Shown piece by piece: positions 35,701 to 46,366 of a stretch of 64,000 nt of DNA. This DNA is from Amoebophrya sp. A120. Lineage: Eukaryota > Protista > Dinoflagellata. The translations under genes and the position numbers were made by a program. How positions within the stretch are numbered: the stretch's first letter is position 1; the number at the start of each line of letters is the position of its first letter. Under the pieces are notes generated by a model. The model was not told the origin of the DNA, did not search any database, and saw only the letters and a list, made by a program, of their open reading frames with translations. The stretch lies in contig CAJINV010000004.1 in the NCBI GenBank assembly GCA_905178155.1, forward strand, positions 8,578,882-8,642,881, in the 5' to 3' direction.

Positions 35701-38700
35701 CGGGTCGCACTTCCACCCGTCTCAGCAATATCCAAAAAAAAAAAATTGTTGGTGTAACTGTAACTTTCTTGCTGGAACAGCATGACAAATCCGACTGGCA
35801 TGAGAGCAAAAACCTGTCATGCGCAGATAGTACGTGAAAACGCAATTGAATGGACCCTACAAGGCATGCCCAGCATGACAGACGCAATGATCTTGCAGGT
35901 TGCGCATCACAAAGTTACACTAGCAATGTTTTTTCCTTCGATCAGCAAGGCGCGAACAACAGTGCGGACAAGTTTAACATTAACAAGGAGTACACGGGCG
36001 TCGTGAAGAGCTACAACACGGACAAGGGCTACGGTTTCGTGTATTACAATGAAAAATGCCCCCACCCCGGAACTTGGGAGTATTTGTATTGCAAACCTTT
36101 CCAAATGAAACATTCGCCCTCTTGCATCTATCACCATCACAGGTTTCCAATCGTGAATAGCAAAAATCTGTATTGCAAAAGACCCCAGCAAGGGCGGCGC
36201 TTGTCATGCAAGCGCTGCGATACACCCCTAGACTCTGCATCAGAAAGATTCATACTCCTTTCAGGCATGACAAAAAGTTTTCATTTGGAAACTGCGCATC
36301 ACAAATTTTTGCAATTTTGGGGGTGGAGGTATTTTTCACTGTAATATCGTGGACTGCAGCGACGTGAAATCGCACTTCCAGCGGGACACGTTTATCAAAT
36401 GCAAAAATGTCTGGGTCTGGAAAGTTGGAACTTGTGATGCTACCTTTGGACTCTACAGAAAATCTGTATTGCATGGACAGCATAAGAGGTGTGGTTTGTG
36501 CTTCGCGGAGAGGGCACGCAAAAATTTATGGGTTTTTTCCTTTTGTTCTCCGTTCTCGCTCAGGGAAGCGGGGTCGAAAGCGGTGAACGCACGGTCCATC
36601 TCCTCGCCCTCGACATCGTCGGGTGGTTCTGCTACATTCGCATGGATGGCCTTCGGCAGCGAAAAACCAACTTGGGGGATCAACAGAGGAAAATTGGGGT
36701 GAAAGTGCGACGGGTCAACCGATAATAACTTACGGCCATTCGCCCACCCCTGTTGACCCGGCGTGTCTTCTAGATAGACGTCCCCCGCGTCTTTTAGTTG
36801 CCTTTCCGTGAAAAAAAACTCATTTCCTCCGCGCAGCAAGACGTCTTTGTGCGCCAGTATTGCAAGGAAAAATCCCCCCTCCCCATATCAAAACGAAACT
36901 TCTCATGCTGGATTTGTGTTACACAAGTCAGCTTTGTATTGCAGGAAGGCACTGCGGCCAGATGCCCAGGCCAGGTAGGGGCGTATGGGTCTAGTTGTTC
37001 AGCATGGAAAACGGCTCCCCTTTAAGCCCACCAGCATGACAAATCGCTTCCCTAATGGGGCGGAAGCTTCTGCCCTTGTCGTCTTGCAAGACGCATGTGA
37101 TTTGTGACCTCAAATCAGCAACACAAATTTGCGGAAACATAGGTTTTCAATATGGGGAGGGGGGATTTTCAATTTTGATAGCCAGCCTCGCGTAGTCGAT
37201 GGGGACCGGCACCTCATGTTGGTGCAACTCCGTGCCTATCAACTGTAAAAATGTCTGGGTCTGGAAGATTCTGGGACTTGTCATGCACGTGTTGCATGAG
37301 CCATGATGTCTGTGATGCATGCCCTAGCATCAACGGCCTTCTGAGGGATTCTTGATGCCTATTCCGCATGACAAATGCCCTCCCCGCGTAGAAAAAACTA
37401 GAATCCTTTTGCTGCTCATGCAGCACAAATTTTTTAGGCATCCAAATGCAGCATCACAAGTTGCATTCTTCCAGACCCAGACATTTTTCCAGTTGATAGT
37501 GCCCACGTGGGGAATTGACTCAGGTCGGCCGGGGAGAATCCGCAGGCGGTGGTTTTCCGACACAAAAGTCAGTGTAGAAGTACTGTCCGAGAGCGGGCCC
37601 CCCAGGTTGCGAGCTTCATCTTTCGCCTGCTGACGCACGGTGGCTTGATGATTCACAGCGCCGATCCGCTCGCTCAAATCCTTGCGTTTTTTTCCCTCGT
37701 CCGCTTGTTGCCCGGCTTCCGCCCACGCAACAAAGGCTGCCTTCTGCCGCTGATACAAGTCTTCATCCCACGCAAACCCGGCTGCAGCAGTCCAGCCAAC
37801 AAATTTCTCGCGGAACTTCGCGAACTCGATCTCCAGGTCGCTCTCCTTCGCATCCGCCATGATCGGCGGTAAAGCGGGCGCCTCCTTCGGCGCGCGGCGT
37901 GCTGACGAGCCCTGCTTCGTCTTGGATTTATTTGTCGTCGGTGGTTTCAACACCACGTCGGCGGTGGTTTCTTCACGTCCTAGCCACGTCCGGAACTCTT
38001 ATTGTGAGGAAAAATCCCCCCTCCCCATAACAGAACGGGATACTTCTCAAAATTTGTGATGCTGATTTGAGGTCACAAATCGTCTCTGTATTGCAAGCAG
38101 ACAAATAAAAGAACCCCGCCGCGTTCTGCAGGCAATTTGTGATGGTGTCTGGCCTACAGAGAATGTCCCTACCTTGCTAGGCGCCTACACCAAAACATCC
38201 CTAATCCCGCTTTGTATCTGTCTGCAGTCCTCTACTGCACGACAAAGCCGATTTGTGTACACAAATCCCGCATCACAGATTTCCATTTCGATATGGGGTG
38301 AGGGGATTTTTCCTTTTGATAACTCTTCTCGTTTCTTCCGGTCCCGTTCGGAGAGCAGGAGCGTTTCACCTGCTTATCCTGAGTAAAGACGTCCCCACAC
38401 CAGAGTTGTCACGCAGATTTGCAATGGCAGGAACATTTGTAATGCGCATCGCCAGGAGAGGAATTTTTAGTCGTGTTTTGGAATTTGTAATGCTGTAAAC
38501 AGGATGAGCAGATGGATTTCTGATGCAGCTGGCCTTGCGAACCTGCACTACACTACGGACTGCGACTTGTGATGCGTGACGCCCAAAAGTTCTAGGTTTG
38601 TGTTGCAAAATCCCAATCTTGACTCTGGTGTGGGGATGTTTTTAATCAGGATACTGCTTGCTTCTTATTCTTTTCTATCGCTAAAGATTTTACTAGGACG

Positions 38701-41700
38701 CTTCCCTTTTCGTCCGATGCCTGCATGGTTTCGTCGCCAAAGCGAAACAGCTTCCACAGGGAAAAATGTCCGGAGTGTTGCCCTTGTTCCATTTTTTCCG
38801 CCGGTAAACCGAAGCGGTTTGTTCGAAGGAGGTACGACAAGAATTTGGTCAAAAAGTGGTCGTTCTGCGTCCACTATCCTGCGAAAACAGGTACTATCGT
38901 TCCTTCGTATGAATTATTATGCCATCTTGCATGACCACAAATCTGCTTTTTTTCTCCTAAAATTCTGCATGACACATTCAATTTGAAACTGCACTTTTCA
39001 TTTTGAGAAAAATGCGGTTATGCGACTGTCATCAGTCTGATGAAGATGTTCATACTAGTACACGACAGTGTTTTATTTTTGTTGCATATCCAGAGGTCGT
39101 ACTCGTAGCTCCGCTGGCCCTGAATGTGGAGGGAATACCCAGCGTGCAAGTAATCGTCGTCCACTGCTTCCACAGGCGTGCTTTTGTCCGGAATCAGGAA
39201 GGGCCGCACGGCAAACAACATATCTTTATCTTCGTCTTTGACGGCGACACTGCTGGCTCCTGCTTCTTGTTCCTGGTACAGCGTGTTTCTGTCCGCGCCA
39301 AAATGAATCTTGCGCCGCTCCTGTCGGTCTCGTTCAAAACTCGCTTGCCAGCCGTGTTTTTTGAAAAATGCTCCAAACTCGTTGTTTTCCCTTTTCATCT
39401 CGACCGGCAGCTATCGATTGCAAACAAAAATCTGGGAGTAGATCCGGAAAAGAAAAGCACTCAACTGGTCATGGTGAGTAGAAGGGCATGACAGAACGAT
39501 GCATCACAAAAAATGTTTCGGCCGAAAGTGCACGGGTTTCGCACGACGAACTCTCTCCCAGGACGACAGAAAAAGCGGTCACTCCTCGTCCTCCTGGAAT
39601 CATGCATTTACAACTCCGCCGGATTCAACTCCTTCTAATCTCGCATCACAAATTACCCGGACCCAGATCATTACTTGCAATGCATAGGAACGGATCATCC
39701 ACCCATTTACGGTGCTGACTAAGACGCAGGAAAGCGAAAGGAGGTTCGTCACTAATCCGCATCTCTATGCACTGCAAATCCTACGCCCTGGGCCCGGAGG
39801 AATAAAATCAGGCTCGTCTCATACTCGACGAGCATGATGACTCTCAAGTCTACTGTCATGGATGCACACTGACGTTTCGAAAAGCCTCATTTTCGTGCTA
39901 TGCAGAAACGAAGGAGTTTGTGACGCAGAATTGCCACCGCACAGCGACCTAAAGAAAACCAAAATTTGTCATATTTGGCCGTCAACATATATGCGCATTT
40001 TATCCTCGTCGTGCTTTGTTTTTATCGATCCACAGCATCACAAGTTTCTTTTTCCAAAAAATGGACCCAGAGAGCAGGAACTATTCATTGCACGTGGATA
40101 ATCTGCTTATCAAAAGGAAAAATCCCCCCTCCCCATATCAAAACGAGGTCTCTGATGCAGGATTTGCGTACACGAATAAGATTTGTCTTGCTGGAGAGGA
40201 ATGCAGCCCCATACTGAACCTAAGTAGAGAGGCTCTGGCCTAGGCGTCTAGCATGAGAAACGTCCGTGCTGTAGGCCCATCAGCATCACAAACCGCCTGC
40301 ACAATGCTGCGGAGCTTGTGGAGTTGCCTTCTTGCAAGACAGACGCGATTTGAGGTCTCAAATCAGCAACACAAATTTCCGGAAACATACCTTTTCGATA
40401 TGGGGAAGGGGGATTTTTCCTCTTAATACTGCTGATGCTGGGATTTGTAGTACCGCTGCCAAGCCTGAAACTCGAACAGCTGATAGGGCGTCTCACCACC
40501 TCCCGCTGCATTTTTCCCCTTTAGCAAATGGTCCCTCTCGCTTTCCAGGAGCGTCTCCTGATCCCGGAACGGAATTTTAAATTCAATGGACCCATTTGCA
40601 CCGGCCTCGCGGAGATCTTCCCATGTAGGCGGCTTTGCAGATAAGCGTCCGCCGTGCATCCACGGGAACGGAGGGGTTGTCTTCTTTTTACTTCTTGTTT
40701 CCCCCCCGTCCGGAGTGGCGGAGGTCAACTGCTTCGCCCACAGCAGGCGGGCAACAAAGTCTGCCGGTATCTCCGTCTCTTCCCCTCCTCCCGGCGCCGG
40801 AAGACGTTGTTGTTCCCCCATCCGAGGTGGAGGAGGTGGTTCTTGCCGCACATAGTTGTCTTGCAAAACTTTTCGGGTCACCAGCAACGGCACGCTTTCC
40901 GCTTGCATTCTTCTGCCTCCGAGGTCGCCCAGGTGGTCCATACGGCTCACCACCTGCCGCCAGATGTACTCGCAAGCGTTGAACATCGCATCTGTCTCCA
41001 GCTGCCTCTGGTACTCTTCTTGCTGCGTCGCTTTGTCAGCCGTAATCAGGTGAAAGTAGCGACCAAAATGCTCACAAAATTCCAGGTAGGGCAATTCTCT
41101 ACTCGGCCCTTTGATGTGGTCCTCCTCGTCTTTGCCTAGATGCTTATCGGCAAACTTTTTCAATTCCTTCCGGTTAAAGTGCCGAAACACACCGGGATCG
41201 TCGAGCAGGAATTTCCGGAGCGCCTTTTTCGGCACCCTCTTGCCCTCCCAGTTACGATCACCGTGCCCCTTCGTGCCGATCCGTAAGACGAACGGTTTGT
41301 CCGGGCTGACTTTTAGCGTGAGCCGGTCCGTATCAAATGCAAAAATGTCTAGGTCTGGAAGAATGCCAGGCTTGTCATGCAGGTTTTCCATGACCCATGA
41401 GGGCTGGTATGCAGGACATAGCATTACAGATTCTGTGAGAGTTCTATCATGCCTAGCCTGCATGAGAAACCGCCTCACGATTAGGTCAAAAATGGACAGC
41501 TTTTGGTAATCGTGCAACACAGATTCTTACATGATTCAGATTTAGCATGACAACTTCCACTTTTCCAGACCCAGACACTTTTGCATTTGATAGGCCGCCT
41601 GGCCGTCGTACTCGTAGGCGTTGGCCTCGTTCATCTTGTCCTCTAGGGGCATCTATCAAGTGCAAAAGTGTCTGGGTCTGGAAGGATGGAACTTGTGATG

Positions 41701-44700
41701 CGCATTTCAGAAGAACACACAAAAATCTCTGATGCATAGGCAGCAAAAGCTGCTCACTTTCTGTCACCAAAATGAGGGATTTGTCATGCGGATTCAGCAT
41801 TGCGGAAGTTTCCCGAAACCTGTGATGCTAGAGCTTCCATGCCAGACCTTCTGTGTCATGCAGAAGCAGCATGACTCTTCCAGACCCAGACATTTTTGCG
41901 GTTGATAGCATCACGTGCATCAAGAGGTCATTTTCCCTGCTCTTCAAAACGACGATCCCGTAATTTTTCTGCGGGTACTTGGACGGCTTCTGCTGGCGAC
42001 TGCGCTGAGGCCGTCGTGGTACTTGGACGGGTTCTCCCTTCTGCCTTGCCGGTTTCTTATTTCCGCCATGATCCACTTCTCGGTCGCTGCTGCCCTCGCT
42101 CCCGTCTTCAGCGCCGGCTCCGTCCGAACCGTCTGCGCCTCCGAGCAGCGGGTCGGAGGACTCTACTTTGGTGGATTTGAACCGAAACAGCCCAAAGGTG
42201 GCTTGCCTTTCCGCAAACAAGCGCAAAAAGTCTGCAAACTTCTTGCCCACGCGGATCCGCGCGTCCCACAGCAGCCCGGCTTGCTGCTTCTGGATATGGA
42301 AGCGTCAGGTTTGAAATCGTCAAAGTTGAAATAATTTGTAATGCATAAAATGCATGACCCGAGGCACGTGTGTTGCAGAGCAGGCAAGTGAGGCCGATTG
42401 TAAGCCTGTTTGGGGTTCCAGCTAGAGCTGCTAAAGTAGCATGAGAAAATCGCTCTTCTTTGCCTAAACAGAATGACAAAGTGGATTTAGGGACCACCAA
42501 AATTTGTCTTGCGCCACTTGCAAACTGGGTTCCAACTGGCATCCATTTTATGCATGACAAATTACTTCAACTTTGTCGATTTCAACTCTGACACATCCAT
42601 ACTGGAAACTCGCGAAATAACTATCCTCCAGCCTGTATGCCTTGTAAACATGTCTGGGTCTGGAAGGGTGCAAGCTTGTGATGCGGATTCTGCTTCTGGC
42701 ACAGACAATAAAAATCTGTGTTGCAACATAGTCAGCGAATGTATCATGATGTGCGTCTTTTTGTGTCCAGGACGTCGAGAGGGCATTTCTCATGTCATGG
42801 TGCCCTGTGCGGCGCATCACAGATCTTCTTCTTCTTCGAAATGCAAAAACTGCATGAAATGCGCTTGCTACCTCTTTCCAGACCCAGACATATGTCCATC
42901 TGGTAGCTTGACCAAAAAGTCCGACGCACCAACCAAGATTAGCTTGCGCAATTTCGCTTTTTTAGTCTTGTTCTGTTCTCTTTTCACTTGTGGCTCGTGT
43001 GTCGCAACCTCTTGTTCTAATTGCCTCAGCCTATCTTCCAAGTTTTTCACGTGTTCAAGCCTCTTTTCCAAGTCGCTTCGTGTCTCTTCTGCCATGAAGG
43101 AAAAGACCTCTTTTTCCCTCGCCAGAGTCGCCCACCGGGCCTCGAGTTCCGTCGCCCGCAGCAGGCCGGCGCCACCCGTAGAAGTACTACCCAGGAGATC
43201 ACCAAATGCAGAGTCATCTTCGGTTTCTTCCACCTCATCGTCCTCCACCTCGTTTCTTGTTACCAGTGCCTCGTTTGCTTTTTCTGTGGACGGAAAAAAC
43301 TGCTGCTGTGCGTCCCCCGTAGATGACCCCCCGGTCGACTTGTTCCACCGTAGAAGCTTCCTTTCCGCGTCCCGCAGTTCTTCCATCTGTGGCTGACAAT
43401 TTTTCCCGTACACCGAGCTAATTTCTGCCAGCATTGCCACCACCAAAGGGAGCCACCGCATGTGGACAATGTTGGCGTGAATGTGCTCCTTGTCCGACGG
43501 GAGCTTCCCGTGCGGGCACTGAATTAGGTGCCGGGACTGTGGACCACCGCTGGCGCACTGTGTGAGTCCTCCAGGGGTCGTGCTGCCATGGTCGTGTTCT
43601 CCAGTTTGATCACCCGCCCCCTGGCCCGAAACAATGCACGTCTCACAGCGGCATTCGCGCTGGTACTTGTTTCTCGTGAAAATCGCCGTTTGCACAGCGT
43701 GCAGATGCTTGCTCCATTCCAGCGTGTGCGTACACAAACGCTGCTTGGCTTTTTCCACCCTGGTTCCCAGGTTTTTGACTGTCTTTTTTCCTTTGTCAGT
43801 ATTAATCAAGTTATCCTTTATTTGCAGTTTTTCCTGAAACTCTCCCACATCCCGCAAGACGCTTTCTGCGTCTTGGAGGCTTTGCGCGTCTTTATTTCTT
43901 GCTAGAAGAAAATCAGAAGCGAAGCTGGCCGGTTCACTCTTGTCCAACACCCAGCGGACGCAAGTGTCTGCGTTCTTCAACTTTTTCTTCGATTTCACGC
44001 CCGTTATCAAAAGGAAAAATCCCCCCTCCCCATATCAAAACGAAACTTCTGATGCTGGATTTGGGTACACAAATCAGCTTTGTATTGCAGGAAAGCACTG
44101 CGGTCAGATCCCAAGCGAGGGAGGGGCGTATGCGTCTAGTTGTTCAGCATGGCAAGCGGCTGCCCTTTAAGCCCAACAGCATGACAAAGCGCTTCCATAA
44201 TGGGGCGGAAGCTTCTGCCCTTGTCTTCTTGCAAAACAAATGCGATTTGTGACCTCAAATCAGCAACACAAATTTTCGGAAATATGCCTTTCCAATATGG
44301 GGAGGGAAGATTTTTCCTCTCAATACCCGTAACAGCATCCTTGCAGGCCTGTTCTACTTCAGGGAACGAGGAAAAATGCCTCCCCATTCGTAAATAGTCC
44401 TTGACCACTTGCACCATTGCCTGTAACGCGGCCCGGAACGGCATTTTGGCCTCTCGGTAAGACTCGTACAGCCGTTTGCAGTCGGTTGGAGGTGGATTAA
44501 TATTCACCTTGCTATGGCCGTGGGCGCCAACATCGTCCACAGGGTCGGCTTCCACCGCTCCCCCTACACTTGGCAGCGGTGCCGGTGCGACGAGCTGGCC
44601 TGCGCTTACTGATGTTCCGCTTTTCATGGTACCAGTATCCGGGCCGTGAGGTCGTCGTGCACGACTGGGCGAGCGAGATTTACGTTTACCGCTGCGGCTC

Positions 44701-45064
44701 CTACTGCTTCCGGACCGCGGGTTCTTCTTTCCGCGACTCCCAGAGCGACTCCGTCCACGACTGCTTCCCGGGTTTGTGCCTGGTGGAGCCGTAATGCGGC
44801 AGCGAGGGCTGCGGGGGATGATGCAGCTGCCGGAATTCCCCCCTCCTCACGTGGTGCTCCCGCCGGAGCTCCTCCTGCCGATGCGCTCCGGGAACGAGGA
44901 GGTTTCTTCTTTTTATTTCCTCCACCTTTCTTTCCGCGTCGAAGGCCGACCGCGTGGCTGCCGTGTGGCATTGTACTACACAACAGCAGTCCGGCCAGTG
45001 CCACGGACGCGGCAGCTGCGCGCGAAATAGTACAGCAGGACGAGGAGAGGACAAACTTCGGCAT
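32783..45064 (-). CDS. Large multi-exon hypothetical protein, interrupted near its 3' end by the 33753-36516 insertions; possibly a pseudogene or more than one gene
   Basis: Long exonic ORFs (40428-41330, 42906-44004, 37499-37999) separated by ~15 introners. The frame ..AFDP-ASLSE.EQKEKTHKFLR-ENYDNSF..KRWYVRNP..LLLSF* resumes at 33752 and stops at 32783. A signal-peptide-like ORF at 45064 is out of frame at ~44625. Confidence 0.5.
32871..33204. mobile_element. Introner family B, old (TSD decayed)
   Basis: TATCCTGAGAAAAAACATCCCC / GGGGATGTTTTTACATAGGATA. Confidence 0.78.
33265..33590. mobile_element. Introner family B, old
   Basis: TATCCTGTGTAAAA / TTTTACACAGCATA; TSD CAAGG/CCAGC. Confidence 0.72.
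33700..33752 (+). repeat. Direct repeat copy 1 (53 bp of host exon sequence)
   Basis: CGCAAAAATTTATGGGTTTTTTCCTTTTGTTCTTCCTTCTCGCTCAGGGAAGC; 2 mismatches to copy 3. Confidence 0.95.
34286..34400. mobile_element. Short introner (115 bp)
   Basis: TATTCCTTGAAAATCAACCAT / ATGGTCAATTTTCAGGGAATA; TSD GAACA. Confidence 0.88.
34777..35055. mobile_element. Introner family B
   Basis: B-type TIRs; TSD TGACG. Confidence 0.9.
35406..35446 (+). repeat. Direct repeat copy 2 (41 bp)
   Basis: ATGGGTTTTTTCCTTTTGTTCTCCGTTCTCGCTCAGGGAAG, identical to the same part of copy 3. Confidence 0.95.
35729..35943. mobile_element. Introner family F
   Basis: TATCCAAAAAAA / TTTTTCCTTCGATC; TSD AGCAA; interior resembles the element at 59380. 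Confidence 0.85.
36042..36346. mobile_element. Introner, additional family
   Basis: TATTACAATGAAAAATGCCCCCACCCC / GGGGTGGAGGTATTTTTCACTGTAATA; TSD TCGTG. Confidence 0.9.
36517..36569 (+). repeat. Direct repeat copy 3 (53 bp)
   Basis: CGCAAAAATTTATGGGTTTTTTCCTTTTGTTCTCCGTTCTCGCTCAGGGAAGC. Confidence 0.95.
36858..37180. mobile_element. Introner family D
   Basis: D-type TIRs; TSD GCCAG. Confidence 0.9.
37237..37498. mobile_element. Introner family A
   Basis: A-type TIRs; TSD GTGCC. Confidence 0.92.
38000..38321. mobile_element. Introner family D
   Basis: D-type TIRs; TSD ACTCT. Confidence 0.9.
38375..38653. mobile_element. Introner family B
   Basis: B-type TIRs; TSD CTGCT. Confidence 0.9.
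38875..39088. mobile_element. Introner, diverged C-like
   Basis: TATCCTGCGAAAA / TTTTGTTGCATA; TSD TCCAC/TCCAG. Confidence 0.65.
39412..39686. mobile_element. Introner, diverged A-like
   Basis: TATCGATTGCAA..ATCTGGG / CCCAGATC..TTGCAATGCATA; TSD decayed. Confidence 0.6.
39766..40100. mobile_element. Introner, diverged A-like
   Basis: TATGCACTGCAA / TTGCACGTGGATA; TSD ATCTC/ATCTG. Confidence 0.68.
40108..40428. mobile_element. Introner family D
   Basis: D-type TIRs; TSD CTGCT. Confidence 0.9.
41331..41592. mobile_element. Introner family A
   Basis: A-type TIRs; TSD GTCCG/GGCCG. Confidence 0.88.
41654..41907. mobile_element. Introner family A
   Basis: A-type TIRs; TSD GCATC. Confidence 0.92.
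42295..42601. mobile_element. Introner with ~60-bp TIRs
   Basis: TATGGA..GTCAGGTTTGAAATCGTCAAAGTTGAA / TTCAACTTTGTCGATTTCAACTCTGAC..TCCATA; TSD CTGGA. Confidence 0.9.
42636..42905. mobile_element. Introner family A
   Basis: A-type TIRs; TSD GCCTG/GCTTG. Confidence 0.85.
44005..44325. mobile_element. Introner family D
   Basis: D-type TIRs; TSD CCCGT. Confidence 0.92.
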
Positions 45065-46366
45065 GGTATAGATTCGGAGGAAAAGAGCGAAATAAGCTGC
45101 GTTTGAGTTGGTATTACTATTACTTTCCAAAAAAATGGGGACAAAACAATAAATTTGGGAACAAAACAAAGCCGTCGCTTTTTGGAAAACTGATTGCGTT
45201 CGAGCGCTGCCCAGATGAAAATATGCTGGTAAAAAAATTTGTTGAAATTTTTGCGTACAATCTTCAGAGTGGGTTTTTTTAAGTAAAATGCACCAAAACA
45301 GGAGGCCTACTTACATGTACAATGCGAGGCTACCAGGTAGAATATTCGACATCAAAACCCGAAAACCAAAACTAGAATCAGGATGGGATTAATCATCAGC
45401 GTTTTTCGTTCCCGATGGAGATGAATATGACTTCTGCTTGTTCTATACCGATCGGGGGCCCGCGTCCTTGCTTGATCGACAGGCAATTGAACCCTTTGAA
45501 TTTACTCGCGCAGATCTATTGGTGATCGGATTTATATTTATTTCCGCGGATCCTTGCATGAGATCGTGGTCGTGTGAAGAACTTTTTTACCGATTTCTCC
45601 GTTGGTTTATAATGGAAAGCACAACTGCTCTGATGCTCTTGCATTGAACCAAAGAACTGCGCATCGGGTGAATAGCGCTAAGATCCTCATTTCACGTCTC
45701 ACCTACTCAGGCGGATAAAGTACACCGATATCCTCGTCAAAGATCCGATCGGATTTGTCATTTCGACTGGACGAAGCAAACTTACTGGAGCAAGCTAATT
45801 TTTGGCGCAGTACAACTCTGAAGAAGAGATGTTGAGTGATGGTCCGTTTTATTCAAAAGAAGAAAACAGCACTTGGAAGGCGGACGAAAGCACTTGTTCG
45901 GACGAACACCTTTAGTGCAAAACGCTGCGTCCCCGCTCACTACAACTACCTCGTGGTCTAAAACTAAAGCGCATCGGTCGGGAAACAAAGAGATCAGGAA
46001 GATGGTCACTCGCCTTGAAAATCTTCATGTCGCTTGAATATCACTCAAAAAAATGCAACTAAATCTTAATAGTTGAGAAGGATTCTTCAGAGATCATGAT
46101 GTGCAAAGTACGTCCACAAGGTTCTGCTTCTAGTACTACCTGCAATGCATGTAAAACTCCTGCCTTAAAAAGCTACAAATGAAATGATAGCCTTTGAGGC
46201 AATAAACTGCTATGCAGAGAAACAAATAGCCCTGGTTCAGTGGCGGGCCCTAGCGGAAGAGGAGCTCAGGCGATTTCAATTTTATCTTACTTTCCCTACG
46301 GAACAAAAATATTTTTTCATACTAGTAGTTTGATATTAGTGTCCCTCGTAGGAGTTTGATTCCCAC

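Larger units (their letters stand above)
35447..36516 (+). pseudogene. Captured genomic fragment of the cold-shock-domain gene, cut inside introners at both ends
   Basis: Exon pieces 35663-35728, 35949-36041 and 36352-36392 match the reverse complement of ~25460-26260 (8 mismatches in ~200 nt). 35447-35662 is part of the 42295-type element; 36393-36516 is half of a family A element. Confidence 0.9.

Noticed and set aside
33700-36569. True CRISPR array
   Set aside because: Only three repeats, kb-sized spacers, a repeat that is host exon sequence, no cas genes, and a eukaryotic context. Kept only as an architectural analogy.
42509-43396. Long plus-strand ORFs (also 52599-53429 and 62242-62955)
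   Set aside because: Antisense shadows of minus-strand exons.
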